Shown here piece by piece: positions 51,105-64,000 of a DNA stretch of 64,000 nucleotides. A model generated the notes under the pieces. It did not search any database. It saw only the letters and a program-made list of their open reading frames with translations, and was not told where the DNA came from. Source of the stretch: Veleropilina oligotropha (taxonomy: Eukaryota); the NCBI GenBank assembly GCA_048128005.1, contig JBEUKZ010000085.1:1-64000 (forward strand), in the 5' to 3' direction. How positions within the stretch are numbered: the stretch's first letter is position 1; the number at the start of each line of letters is the position of its first letter. The translations under genes were made by a program, and so were the position numbers.

Positions 51105-51330
51105 GAATCAGGCTGTACGTGGTAGATGGCGGGCAGTTAGTATCCCTTGTCACACCATCTACCACAGCCTGATACCTGAACGCTCCCAGCAGCAAACGAG
51201 ATCACTACGCGATCAAGACTGCTAGAAGTGCAGTCGAAACGTCGTATGTTCAAAACAAGTTCCAAAGTAAGTAAACAATTTTACACTATGTCATCACTTG
51301 GAACCAATAACAACATCTTCTCAAAGTCTG
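51105..51330 (+). mobile_element. Penelope-like element 3' fragment with degenerate hammerhead-like hairpin
   Basis: Relic peptide DGGQ/YPLSH/IYHSLI resembles a GIY-YIG C-terminus; GATCAA-GACTGC..GCAGTC-GAAACGTC; short inversion TCAGGCTGT..GGTAGATGG / CCATCTACCACAGCCTGA. Confidence 0.5.
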
Positions 51331-52229
51331 TGTTCTTTAAATAGTCCAGTACGTGTGTTATGTACTTTCGTTTTTATTTTTTGGAGGTTTGAAAACCTAT
51401 ACATTTTTGGAAACATTATAGCCAACAGAATTTGAAAACCAATGTTTGCATTTGAACCGATGGCGGCCATTTTGAATTTCAAGATGGCCACCATTTGGAA
51501 TAATTTATATAGAATAATGCAGCCACAATATCAACAAATAATTTACTTTTAGAGTTTAAATGTATATTATCATGATGAAAACATATCATAGAATCATCTG
51601 TCTGAATAATGTACATATTACAGGACATGTGGCGTCCTTTTTAGTGTGTGATGTAACATGGATTCTAGTATTCACTGTATTATGAAGACAATGTTGCAGA
51701 TACATCTAAAGTATTTGTATTACATAATATAACATTAACTACTAACATACAGGACCAAATAATGGTCAGTGCTCAAGCCAATATGCAAATTAGAAATGGA
51801 CATTTTGCCGTAAAACAATGCATTTAATGCATCAACAGGTATTAAGGGGAGATAACTCAATATTGTTTATATTTTCATTAGGCATTAATTATATATAATT
51901 TTAAAGGTTAAATAAGACATATTGGCGCCTTAACTATATTTCCAGAGTTAGCTCATGAATGGTCAAGCTAAGTGGAGAATAATCGCACAAACAAACCAGG
52001 TATGCTTTCTAGCAGTTGGAGAAGAACATCCCAATATGTGATCTAGTTTCAAATATCCCTCTACGAAATAATTGCTTAAAATTACTGATTCCAGACCACA
52101 TACGAAAAAGACTGTTGTTCTCAGACAAGATAAACTTCATGCTGTCATCGCTGGTATTCGGGGTCATTGAGCGCCAATTGAGAACTCTAGTACCGGTATA
52201 GACAATACCTGGATGGAAGCAAGTTCTTA

Positions 52230-52950
52230 TTATTTGCCTTCGCCTTATCGTGGTAAGGGATCGTCGGCCTGAATTCTCCGTTTCCATTCCTCTGTCATGT
52301 ACGTCACCCTCTGTCAGATCCATATCATCCATACTTTACCTCAGTCCATCTCCCCAACTCTTAACTTGACGTCCTCTAGGCCTACTCCTCCGTCCTCTTA
52401 CTGGCCTCCTCCACTCTCTTACCACCACATCTTCCTCACTCATACTCAAGACGTGTCCATACGATCTCATCTTACGTATTACAATATCCTGCACCACTCC
52501 TTTTGTCACTCGTTCTGCTCCGCACCTTTTGTTTCTGATTTTATCTCGCAGCGTTATTTCCAAAATTCTTCTCAGAATACGCATATCCGTCACAGAGCTT
52601 CATTCTCGTGTCATCCTTCTTCGTCAGTGCTGAGCATGCTGCCCCATACGTCATAATCGGCCCCACCATTATCTTATAAATCTTAGCTTTCCACTTGATC
52701 GGCATTCTCCTATTATTCAACACTACTCATTCACCTTGCATTGATTCCGTCCTGAACATCCTTCTCACACCCCCTCCTTCACACATGGTTGATCCCAAGT
52801 ACTTGAAAATTTCTCCCTTCTGTCCATCTGCTCTACTACAAACTAACATCTCTGGCTTTTAGAGTTCACCTTTAGTCCAAACCTATCCAGACTTGTTTGC
52901 TAACTCAGCAATCATTCTTGCAACTGGTCCTCGCTGTCTTCCAAATTCTA
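52230..52950 (-). pseudogene. RTE-type LINE 3' fragment (degenerate ORF2 C-terminus)
   Basis: Peptides FKYLGS, KAKIYKIMVGPIMTYG, MRILRRILEITLRDKIRN, YGHV, GRRSRPRGR, broken by frameshifts. Confidence 0.8.
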
Positions 52951-54098
52951 AGTTGCACACACTATAAACGACCGCTACATTGCTCACATGTACTCATACA
53001 TTGCAGAATATAAATTTGTTGTTAATGTTTTTTCAAATATAACGCTAATATGAAGGACATTTGTCTGGATTTCACAAAATAAAGAGAGGTGGCCTGCCTC
53101 GAGATCAACAAAACCAAGAGAGCTAAACATGATACATTCGCCAGTTCAAATCTCTTGCATGTTTGCCACTACTGATGTCCAGATTACATTTAAAGTTTGG
53201 GCAGGCAATGTTCAAGTTCGTAATGAATAATGACATTCATTGAGTGGAAACAATTCTGGCCTTAATCACAGCATCTCATTCATCTGACCTGATGCTTCAT
53301 TGTGAAGCAGAAGAATACCTGAGCAAACTGTTTTGCGATGGATAATATAAAGTACAAATGGCTCTGGCCATGCTATATTTCAGATATATATGACCTCATG
53401 TCTAACTACCCAGACACTTCGCCCTCAGAACAAACTACAAGCAATAGTAATCTTCTCTTTGAAAATAGCAACCATGAAAAATCGGACACACTTACGATAT
53501 GGATAGATGTGTTAACAACAAGACGTGCTTCTCGAAATGCGCATCGCATATATTTCTTTCCCAACACGAAAGCGATATTGTGTTATGATATTTTTCCAAG
53601 AAACACATGCATCTCTATGGTATCACGGGTGGCTCCAATTCAGTCAATCTGAAGATCTTTGAGCAGCAAAGGCATTATAAGTATTCAATCCATTTTGACG
53701 TAGTTTTCTTTTGTTATAACTGTTAATTATTCTACACGAATCCACTGCTGCAACTCCAATATGTCTGCTTAAAAGATCAATTAAACAAGCGTTATGTGCA
53801 TTAATTCCATGCTGTGGACGATTCCATTGCAGAAAGTGAGGAAAGCATGTTTAACGCAGTATATAATCCAAAGAGTTCGATTTATATGCGAAAGAGTCCA
53901 TTCTAGTACACGTGGACACTGAAAAGAAAATAATATCAATTTTTTTACGCGAAGACAACACTTTTGCACGGACAACAAACTTCAAGCACATTTAAAAAAT
54001 GAAATACACGTTTAACGTTCAGAAGAATCTGGCAATACTCCATATTATAATGTTGTTGTTCATATCAACGATTTTCCATTGCTGCGACGCGAATACAG

Positions 54099-56658
54099 AT
54101 GGTTACAAATATTTCCCAAAATAGGCAAGTCTTATTTCATTTGTTTTTGTTATCGTCCGCCTTCTGCTGTTGTGGCGTGGATAGAAGGTTTTGATAATCA
54201 ATTGTTGAAAGCAACTGCAGAAGAAACAGAAATCATAATACTAGGTGATTTCAACATTGATTATGCAAACGTTCCATCTATTCCCACTAAATGGAAAGAC
54301 TTGGTGCAGGTTAATAATTTACATCAATTGGTTTGTTCACCAACAAGAGTAACCACCACAAGTGCCAAAATTCTCGATCATGTGTACACTACCCATCCAG
54401 AAAACATAACTGATGTATCCATTCCTGTATATGGCATCAGTGACCATTATCCAACGCGTATAACTAAATATGATCATGAAGTGGTTAAAAAATATCATCA
54501 TTTAGAAGTGAATTATAGAAACTTTAAGAAATTTGATGAAAATAAATTTTTGGAAGATTTAGCATTAGCCCCCTTTATGGAAATAGAACAGTATGATGAC
54601 CCGGACGTGTGTTTCAGCCTATGGCATGATATCTTTTTGAGCATATTAAATAAGCATGCTCCCATGAAAAATAAACGTGTTCGACGCCTCAGACAACCTG
54701 ACTGGTACAATGAAAATATTAAAGATGCATGCCGATTACGAGATCACTATAAAAGAAAAAATGATAATATTAATTACAAATTATGGAGAAATAAAGCCAA
54801 AACTCTAATACAAGTGTCGAAGAAGGAATATGTCAAAAAGGCCGTTGACAATAGAGTGGATGCAAAATGTATGTGGAATGTAATGAAAGATATATCGCGG
54901 GTTAAAAATTGCAGTGGACCATATCCTACAAAGCTCGAAACTGAGGATGGAATCATTGATAATCATGAAGATATTGCAAATGTCATGAATAAATATTTTA
55001 AGGATATTGTTTCAACCTTAAAGTCAAATGTCTCTACTACTTCTGATTTTACCGCTCTATCTAGTTTTCTTCGTGATAAAGTATCTTCTCTCGATCAATT
55101 TAACATAGAATATATATCCTGTCACGAAGTAGCCAAGGCATTAGAACAGCTTAACGTTACTAAAGCTACAGGACTTGATGGGATAGGACCAAAATTATTA
55201 AAATTGTCAGCAAATATAATTACCAATTCTGTAACTTATATTTTTAATCTTAGCATTAGCAAATCTAAATTTCCAATCTCCTTTAAGCAAGCTAGAATAA
55301 TGCCCATTCACAAGAAAGGTAGTAGAACAAAGTGCGAAAATTATCGTCCTATATCTATTCTTCCCACTCTTTCGAAATTACTTGAGAAACATGTTGGGAA
55401 GCAACTACAAAACTATTTAAGCGATAAAGATCTTTTAAATAAATGTCAATCAGGTTTTCGTGGTAAGCACTCATGTCAAACCGCTTTAACAAAAATTACT
55501 GATGACTGGTTAATTGATATAGACAATGGAAATGTCACTGGCACTTTACTTGTCGATTTAACAAAGGCGTTTGATTTGGTAGATCATGACTTGCTGTTAC
55601 GGAAGCTTAATCTCTATGAAGTTAATCAATTATCTTTAGATTGGTTTAAGTCTTATTTATATGGCAGAAAACAGAAGGTATGTATTGGAAATAGCCATTC
55701 TGATTTAACTTCCATTAGTAGTGGCGTTCCACAGGGCTCCATCCTAGGACCTATCTTATTTCTTATATATATAAATGATCTCCCACTGTGTATTAAATCA
55801 TGTAAAAGTGAACTTTATGCTGATGATGCAACTTTGCACACTTCTGGATCAAATGATAAAATTATAACTGAGAACTTAAGTAAAGATTTAGATAATGTTA
55901 ATAAATGGTGTGATAATAATGGTATGATAATCAATATAGAAAAAACTAAATTAATGCGTATTGGAAGCAAACAGAAGCTAAATAAATGTAATTCAGAACG
56001 GTCCATTGTACTTCGAAATACCGCTGTAAAGAACACAACTTCCGAAAAACTTCTTGGTGTTCACATTGATGAAAACATGACTTGGAAAGCACATATTGAT
56101 CAAACTTGCTCTCTAATATCTTCCAGAATTTCCCTGTTAAGGCGCATAAAAAAGTACCTGCCAATCCACATGAGAAAACTCTTTTATAATAGCTACATAC
56201 TACCTATAATGGACTATTGTTGCACAGTTTGGGCAAACTCTACATTATCAAACATTTATCAAATCGAAAGGTTGCAAAAGAGAGCTGCTCGAGTTATATT
56301 AGATGCTGGTTTTGATGTCTCAAGTAAGCAACTTTTTCAGTCACTTGGTTGGCTCATTTTTAATCAAAGAGTTGAACTTAATAGAGGAATTTTGATGTAT
56401 AAGGCAATGAATAACCTTGCTCCTAAATATTTGACAGAAAAATTTAAATTTATCAAACATTCTGGCATGCATTTAAGATCTGAAACTGATAACAAATTAC
56501 AACTTCCAAAACCTAAGACAGAATCACTAAAGAGAACTTTTGTTTACAAAGGGGCCGCCTTATGGAATAAGCTGCCCAAACATATTAAAAATTCTGAAAA
56601 TATATATGCTTTCAAGCATGCATATACAAGTTATATAAAAAATAATAATAGTGATTGA
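54099..56658 (+). CDS. CR1/L2-group LINE ORF2 (5'-truncated APE endonuclease + reverse transcriptase)
   Basis: CYRPP, LGDFN, SDH (endonuclease); NYRPISIL, QSGFR, DLTKAFD, GVPQGSILGP, YADD, LLGVHID (RT); uninterrupted for ~850 codons. Confidence 0.93.
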
Positions 56659-56942
56659 TGATGATTTTCTTGCAAATTACGCATCATGCCATGTGATAAA
56701 ATTTGGATATGATAAGTCACTCATATATTTTAATGTTTGAATTGGATAAATTGTTGCCTGTATTTGTGCTTCTTGTATTTGTGCTTGTATATAGTTTGCT
56801 TAGTTTTGTAGTTATGTATGTTATTTACTGTAGTCTAGTCTATTTTTATTCATGTTATGGAGGGACATGGGGAAGATTGGCTTTTCTGCTAACTGTACTC
56901 CCTCTGAAAATAAAGCGTTTATTATTATTATTATTATTATTA
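54099..56942 (+). mobile_element. 5'-truncated CR1/L2-group LINE with (ATT)n tail
   Basis: ORF2, then a 3' UTR with AATAAA at ~56909 and (ATT)n at 56920-56942. Confidence 0.88.
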
Positions 56943-57242
56943 TATGCCAGTCGTTTTCTGACGCCTATTCTCGCGCAGTTTTCCGAGACCCTGCATCACG
57001 GACACAGCTGATATCGATTCAGAAGACGTCTCCTGCTTATATATTCACAGGAAAACGTCTCCTGCTTATATATTCACAGGAAAACGTCTCCTGCTTATAT
57101 ATTCAAAATGGCTGACAAATCGTAGGAACTACTTCCAATATAGTCCTATACTATTTCAACCTCCCTTACAGATTCGTGACTAAAATTACCATAATCTTTC
57201 GATTCAATTTAATAAGAAACTTGTTGTGGCATATAATAAAAA

Positions 57243-57410
57243 TGTTATCAGTTATTGTGTGGATTCTGGCACATCGGAAACCTCTCGTGACGTCGTAGTT
57301 TTTGCGGAGGATAAATCGCTCAAACTTTGTTCTCGCGATTAATCCGCCGCAAAAACTATGACGTCACTCGAGGTTTCCGATGTGCCAGAAGCCACACAAT
57401 ACTGATAACA
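57243..57410. mobile_element. Foldback MITE
   Basis: GTTATCAG.TATTGTGTGG..TCTGGCACATCGGAAACCTC is inverted with GAGGTTTCCGATGTGCCAGAAGCCACACAATACTGATAAC. Confidence 0.75.
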
Positions 57411-57900
57411 TCATTATATCACATAAATGTCGTTAAAATACAATATATATTTACAATATTTTACCTGAAGCTCTCTACAGAGGTAAATCCCATGTGTGCT
57501 CTGGTCAAACATCTGAATCCATCTGTAGTGTGCTTTGAAATGTACATCATCGTGATGCAAAAATATTCACCTTGGATGCCGGTATCATTGCACTTAACGA
57601 GCACATTAAACGCTTATTCATAATGATTCCATTTAATTGGAAATGATGTCCGACGGGGGTTTGGGAGCGCAATCCATATTTTGCACAAAATTTGTTTCTT
57701 AATTTTCATAAATGTGCGATATTTTGTATATATTAATGTTTAACAAATAAAACAACAAATGATGTCAAAAAGAATTAAGTAAGTTAACCAATTTGGGACT
57801 GTGGGTACGTGTATAATAATTCACTTGGGTCTGTCGTCCCACGTGAATTTTTACACAAATCCAGTCCTTCGTAGGTTAACCTATACTTCACGCTTTTACA

Positions 57901-58075
57901 GGCCGCTTCGACAGTCATGTTGTATCGGTTGTGGACAGATTCGAGTCCGCTGACGCGAATAGTAGTGGGTTCAAACCTCGACAGGGACATCACACATTTG
58001 TTCAAGTCATGAATCACAGTTGTCCGTGACTGGTCGGAGAGGGCGAGTTTACCCGGGCTTTCCTCCCGCGATAAT
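57901..58075 (+). mobile_element. Diverged copy of the tRNA-derived SINE
   Basis: GGCCGCTTCG...GCTGACGCGAATAGTAGTGGGTTCAAACC...CACAGTTGTCCGTGACTGG; matches 40874-41138 in reverse. Confidence 0.8.
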
Positions 58076-58837
58076 ATGGTATAGTTTCTTGTGTATCTTG
58101 TAGAATGTGAAGGTTTCAAATGACCACCCATCATTGATAAATGTACCTGTACTTATCCGCTGGGGAAAATATCAATACTCAGTGAGCTATATTAAATGGC
58201 TTGGCTGTTAAGAGTCTGTTTTGCCTTGGTAAATAAATACATTTACGTATTATAAAAGCTGGAGATTGACAAAAATGGATTTTGTATAGCCGACCTTTTA
58301 AATCCAACATGGTTGCCCATCTCGTTAAAGGGGCTTGAAGTCATTATACCATGTACACCTACATTTATAGCCAAGAACAGTTTAAGCTGCATGGATCCAA
58401 AGGCCACAATGTAGCCTGCAGCATTTCATATCATTGATGGTGAGTTTATGCTGTATCTCGTGGAATGATGAAAATGGTCCATTTGCATGCTTTCAAAATG
58501 GCAGCCAATCAATGAAAAATATACAAAAGAGACTCGTACATATCTGACGATGAAAATATTAATACTTTGAGGGCTATATTCAGTAAGTTGGAGGTTAAGA
58601 TGCTGTTTTGTCTTGGTAAATGAATACATTTGTGTAATATACAAGCTGGAGAATGACTAAAAACGATTTTGCAAAGCCGCCATTTTGAATTCCAATATGG
58701 CTACCATAATGGAATTGCCTCAAATGCAAACATTGGTTTTTGAACTCCCCAGGTTATAGTTTTCAAAAATATATTGGTTTGCAAATCTCCAAGAAAAAAA
58801 AACGAAACCGTTTTTTAGGACATAGTGAACCTGACTA

Positions 58838-60368
58838 AAAGTACATTCTTACCTCTGTGACCTTGACCTTTGACCGAACAACAAAACTGAACATTATAAT
58901 ATAATACACTCACCCTTTGGTGAAAAAAATTTAACAATACAATAAAATATAGAATTTCCCAAATATGGAAATTTTTCATCAAGGTCAAAGGTTAAAAGTG
59001 CAAAATTTTACCGCCATGCACATGCTTGAAGTGTGGACCATGCATCTACAAAGAAATTATAAATCTCAGAGAACCAGACCGGACACGATTTAGGGGTCAA
59101 AGGTCATTACGGCAAGGTTGAAGGTCATTTTCAGAATGGTGCAAAATGGCACGTTAAGGGAGGTAAGCACACCACAGGAAATCATGCTGGCATGTACAGA
59201 ACTAGAGATCTAATCCGGACAAGGTGCGTGTCAGGAAAGTACATTTTGACCTCTGTGACCTTGACCTTTGACGGAACAACATTGTTACAAAATTGAACAT
59301 TGTTATATATGTACTCGCCCACAGGAAAACATTTGGTGAAAAAAATTAAAACAAAATATAAAAATGCCCAAATATGGAAATTTTATCAAGGTCAAAGGTG
59401 CAATTTTTGCGCCCTGCAGTGTGGACCATGCATATACAAAGAAATTAGAAGGATAATGTTTGAAATCTCAGAGAACCAGGCCGGACATGATTTCGGGGTC
59501 AAAGGTCGTCGTTTTCGCCGAAAAGCACAATGGCATCACAGGGGGATTTAACATACCAAAGGAGGGAAGGAGGAGGAATGATGCTTAATGTCCTGTATAT
59601 TTACAACATCGAGGTTCAAGGCAGGACATGTCCGTGTTATCGCAGGAGGAAACCCCGGTCGCCCAGGTAAACCCGCCCTCTTCGGCCAGTCACGGACAAC
59701 TGTGATTCATAACTTGAACAAATGTCAATGCCTCAGCCAGGTATTGAACCCACTACTGTTCGCATTAGCCGAATCAAGCCAGTGAATTTAGAGTGGACAC
59801 TACCCACTGCGCTGCCGAAGCGGCCAACATACCAAAGGAAATCATGCTGGCATGTATAGGCCATAAGATCTAGTCCGGACAAAGTGTGTCAGGAAAGTAC
59901 ATTTTGACCTCTGTGACCTTGACCTTTGATCGAACAACAAAATTGAACATTGTTATATTATGTACTCACCCCGAGGAAATAATTTGGAGAAAAAAATTCA
60001 GGAAAGAAAATATAAAAATGCCCAAATATGGAAATTTCCTACAAAGATCAAAAGTGCAAAATTTTAGCGTCCTGCACATACCTGACGTGTGGACCATGCA
60101 TCTACAAAGGAATTAGAAGGATAACATTTGACATCTCCGAGAACCAGGCCCGACACGATTTTGAGGTCAAATGTCATTTGGTCAAGGTCGAAGGTCGTTT
60201 TCGCAAATTTTGCTAAAAAGCACAATGGCATGCTTGGACGTTTGAACATACCAAAGGAAATAATGCAGGCATGTATAGGACATGAGATCTAGCCCAGACA
60301 AGAAAAGTGAGGAAGGAGAACGAAATGTAAAACAATGTCTCTCCCATCCTTTGGATGGGGAGACATAA
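58838..60368 (-). mobile_element. HINE-like element with ~400-bp central repeats
   Basis: Minus-strand 5' end TTATGTCTCCCCATCC.AAGGATGGGAGAGACAT; repeated CCTCTGTGACCTTGACCTTTGA units at ~58852, 59250, 59907. Confidence 0.7.
59564..59825 (-). mobile_element. tRNA-derived SINE with 14-bp TSD
   Basis: Close copy of 40874-41138; TSD AACATACCAAAGGA at 59550-59563 and 59826-59839. Confidence 0.88.
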
Positions 60369-60781
60369 CTCCCTAGCTATTATGGTTTTCCTTATATCCT
60401 TTTCACGTCATCTATACGGACGGACTACGTGATGACATAATCCCACGGTTTTATAAAAACTGATGGGATAATTAAAGAAAATGATAATAAATGGTAAAAT
60501 TATTGTTATCTGATTCGTTCGCGCCTTCAATATGAATATTTAGGAGGAATCTATTCCAGGATATCAGCCATTGATGAGACTGTATTTTCCCCATTTAAAT
60601 CTTTTATCTACTCAATTACAACTGTCCGTATGACTAAAATTACATGTGTTATGATGTCTGTTTCTATTTTCTGTACTTCTAACATGCATATAATTAGTAC
60701 ATATTAATGGCCATGGGCTTGAAAATTATCTTTTTGGGCCAGTAAATATTTGAGTTATTATGCAGGTCTCCTCCAGAAATA

Positions 60782-61655
60782 AACAAGAGCCATCCGAAGA
60801 TGACATATGGGGGCCGTTGCGATGTTAACGAATTTCCCATGTGGGATGCCACATGCGGATAACATGTAACATTAACGAAAATACAGCAAGGGCAATAACT
60901 CTGTTAATAATTTCCGCACGTCGAGACTGGCAAAAGGCATCAGTCCACCTACTACATAATACACCCAGCATGTTTTGTAAAGTTATGTTCAGAGCGGTGT
61001 ACAAGATATGCTCCGGAAAAGATAACATTCACAAATTTATAGCAAGGGCAATAACTCTGTTAATAATAGTCGCACAACGTCGAGACTGGCAAAAAGCCCC
61101 TGTTCACCTACTACGTAATACACCCAGTAAGTTTCGTAAAGTATGTCGAACAGTGTATGAGATATGCTCCAGAAACAATATCGATTACATAGACGGACGG
61201 ACCGACAGACTGGGCGATCTAGCCTAATACTAAGTACACCCAGCAGTTTCATAAAGTATTGTCGAGCGGTGTACGAGATACGCACCTGAAAAAATAACAT
61301 TAACGAATTTACAGCAAGGGCAATAACTCTGTTAATAATTGCCACACGTCAAAACTGGCAAAAGGCATCAGTCACCTACTATGTAATATACCAAGCATGT
61401 TTCATAAAGTTATGTTGAGTGGTGTACGAGATACGCTCCGGAAAAGATAACATTCAATAATTTACAGCAAGGGCAACTTTGTTAATAATCGTCGCGACTG
61501 GCAAAAGGCACCAATTCACCTACTACGTAATACATCCAGCAAGTTTCGTAAAGTTAAGTCGAAGTGTACGAGATATGCTCCGGAAACGATATCGATTACA
61601 TACAGACAGATGGATGGACAGACAGACTGGGCGGTTAGTATTGGGGGGATAAAAA
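60782..61655 (-). mobile_element. HINE-like element with tandem core repeats
   Basis: Repeated AGCAAGGGCAATAACTCTGTTAATAAT units, GACA/GACG microsatellite, and GGGGGGATAAAAA end. A related unit lies inverted at 50480-50720. Confidence 0.65.
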
Positions 61656-61742
61656 GTGGGGGATTCATAAGTCAATGGCGCGGCGCGGGGATCTTAAGTT
61701 CCCAAAGCGTAATTAAATTTTTTTATTTCCCCCACTCTGAAA

Positions 61743-62145
61743 CAGGGTTGGTACACAATGTTCTCTTTCAAAATTCCATGACTTTTCCATCATTAATTCA
61801 AAAGTTCCATGGCTTGCCTTGTAACATTTCGTCAATCTGCATATGACAAGACAAATCGCATACGAAAAGGGCATTTACCATAAATATCAACGAAAGATTT
61901 ATGGAAATAGCGAAATAGAAAGAAAGTTGCCAATATAAGTAAGACACAGTTAAAATTTATTATAAAAGGTTACGAAGAAACATAATGAAAACGTTATTTA
62001 CTGTCTTTATTACAGAGCTTCTAAAATATCATTTTCCATGACTTTTTCCATGACCATGTAAAATAAGTAGGCATTTTCCAGGCCTGGATTTTTAAATATC
62101 AAATTCCATGACTTTTCCAGGTTTCCATGACCCATACAAACCCTG
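61743..62145. mobile_element. MITE with CAGGGTT termini and 6-bp TSD
   Basis: CTGAAA|CAGGGTTGGTA ... TACAAACCCTG|CTGAAA; internal TTCCATGAC repeats. Confidence 0.7.
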
Positions 62146-63098
62146 CTGAAATGGCCTTGCATGGTCTCTAAGAGGGAAAAGTATACAATTTGTGCTTCGT
62201 TGAATTGTAAAAGTTGATGGGGAGGATAACCCGCCCAAGAGGAGTTCTTCACAGGGGTTCATGAACTTGTCTCTCTACAGTTATATAATATTGGCACAGT
62301 CAACATTGTAGCTATTGATAGACAAACGTATGTAGACATATATATTGCACCGACATATGTAGCGCAAGATGGAGAAAAATAATTGATACGTGTAGCCTTG
62401 TATGTCAAGGAAACGGCTGACATTTTTTTTTATTAGATTTGCTAAAAGAAAATGAGGAATGCTAAAGAAAAAATAGACCATTAGCAAGTTTTGCTAAAGG
62501 AAACTAGAAAATGCTAAAGAAAAAATTGTGCCTTAGCAAATTTTGTAACAGAAAATTTGGGGCAAGTGTGAGCACAGGCTTAGTACAATGATGTGATATG
62601 AATCAATTTAATTTCACGATCATATTTTGAATTTTTTAAGTTGTATCTGTAGTTAGAACCTACATGTAGGTTTAATGTCTCCATTAGAAGGGCGGGTAAG
62701 AGGTTTTTAAGCTATCCCTTCTATTAGTTTAAGCGTAATAACAAGTCATGACATACTTAGTCGAACCCGCATCCTATCATACCACTTCAAGCTCTTCCGA
62801 CGCTCTATCCTACCAGCATAGTACACAAAAACACCAGGACACGCATAGAAGTGTAGACACTAATTTAATCAATGAGTACAGTTACAAAATTACATACAAT
62901 GGACATGTAGAGAAATTTAAAATCAAAACCTGCAAGCTTGGTCACCGACGCAGTCATGTTAGACAGATGCATTAATTTACAATATTAATTTATATATTTA
63001 TAGTCCGCTTATCCTTCCCGCCGCTTACTTTCAGAGTCCACAGTTTTACCATCATTGTTTAAATAATTAACACTCAATAAGATAACGGTTGGCTGGTG

Positions 63099-63281
63099 TT
63101 ATTGATGGGCGCACTGCACGCGCGGCCCGTGGTGATCATCATCGTCGTCTTCATCTTCGTCGTACACTTCGCCGCGGCGACCGCTGTGGGTGGCGTCCAC
63201 CTCCATCAGCTCAACCTCCTCAACGTGCTCACCCTCCGGGATCTCGAAGTGGGGCCGCGGGGGGAGCAGTCTCTCCAGGGC
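63099..63281 (-). CDS. DNAJA2: Last coding exon of a DnaJ subfamily A co-chaperone (DNAJA2-like)
   Basis: TTTTCAG acceptor, then ALERLLPPRP...EEVELMEVD...YDEDEDDDDDHHGPRVQCAHQ*. The CAAX ending VQCAHQ is characteristic of DNAJA2. Confidence 0.85.
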   Translation of the reverse strand, partial: ALERLLPPRPHFEIPEGEHVEEVELMEVDATHSGRRGEVYDEDEDDDDDHHGPRVQCAHQ

Positions 63282-63339
63282 CTGAAAAGGAAAGAAAAGG
63301 ATCCTGTATATTTTCAACCATCATTAGATTCATAGAAGC

Positions 63340-63582
63340 AGGAGGAAAGCCCGGTTGCGCGAGGAAAGCCCGGTTGCGCGGGGAAATATTAGGACATGTC
63401 GATACGATCACAGGAGAAAACACGGTCACCTGAAAAATCTGCTCATGCCGCCCAGTCATGGACAACAGTGACCGTTCATTGAACAAAGTGCCCCGCTGAG
63501 GATTCGAACCCACTCCAGTCAATCAGAGCAGTCAAGCGAGTGGATTGGGAGCCAGGCTCTTATCCACTACACCACGGGGCGG
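63340..63582 (-). mobile_element. tRNA-derived SINE (related family)
   Basis: Minus strand GCCGCCCCGTGGTAGTGGATAAG...GGGTTCGAATCC (B box)...GTTGTCCATGACTGG, a core shared with the other SINE copies. Confidence 0.7.
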
Positions 63583-63586
63583 CAGC

Positions 63587-64000
63587 TTGGATGCGTGACC
63601 ATGCGAGTACTAATGTCAACAAACTACGCCTGAGCAGATAAAGATGGCTGCTGGATGGGTGACCATGCGAGTACTAATGTCAACAAACTACGCCTGAGCA
63701 GATAAAGATGGCTGCTGGATGGGTGACCAGGCGAGTACTAATGTCAACAAACTATGCCTGAGCAGATAAAGACGGCTGCTGGATGGGTGACCAGGCGAGT
63801 ACTAATGTCAACAAACTACGCCTGAGCACATAAAGATGGCTGCTGGATGGGTGACCATGCGAGTACTAATGTCAACAAACTACGCCTGAGCAGATAAAGA
63901 CGGCTGCTGGATGGGTGACCATGCGAGTACTAATGTCAACAAACTACGCCTGAGCAGATAAAGACGGCTGCTGGATGGGTGACCATGCGAGTACCAATGT
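63587..64000. repeat. 64-bp minisatellite running off the window
   Basis: Unit TGGATGGGTGACCATGCGAGTACTAATGTCAACAAACTACGCCTGAGCAGATAAAGA(T/C)GGCTGC. Confidence 0.95.

Noticed and set aside
53100..54090. Coding-looking sequence flanking the LINE
   Set aside because: All frames are broken and no family motif was recognised.

Overview
AT-rich animal genomic DNA; the repeat landscape suggests a mollusc or other lophotrochozoan (inference). (1) 1-6153: an apparently intact DIRS1-type tyrosine-recombinase retrotransposon (gag, RT/RNaseH/methyltransferase, YR) with its ICR and right terminal repeat. (2) 6251-28205: a Helentron-associated (HINE-like) repeat split inside its GTCC microsatellite by a ~20.8 kb insert (6342-27143). 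The insert has inverted subterminal CATTGTGGGGTTA-type motif arrays and carries a 10-exon, ~630 aa gene that the ORF track shows only in pieces: PWWP-like domain, in-frame minisatellite, tyrosine recombinase catalytic domain, Myb/SANT-like tail. This is the best candidate for a poorly described system, a large intron-containing Crypton-like YR element. (3) 31146-47092: the prolidase gene PEPD (15 exons read, first exon not found), with a duplicated, probably mutually exclusive active-site exon and intronic minisatellites derived from its own splice junction. (4) 47-63 kb: relic DIRS, Penelope and RTE fragments, a long CR1/L2-type ORF2, SINEs, HINEs and MITEs. (5) The last coding exon of a DNAJA2-like gene on the minus strand. 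All exon models and family assignments were read by eye; no database search was run.
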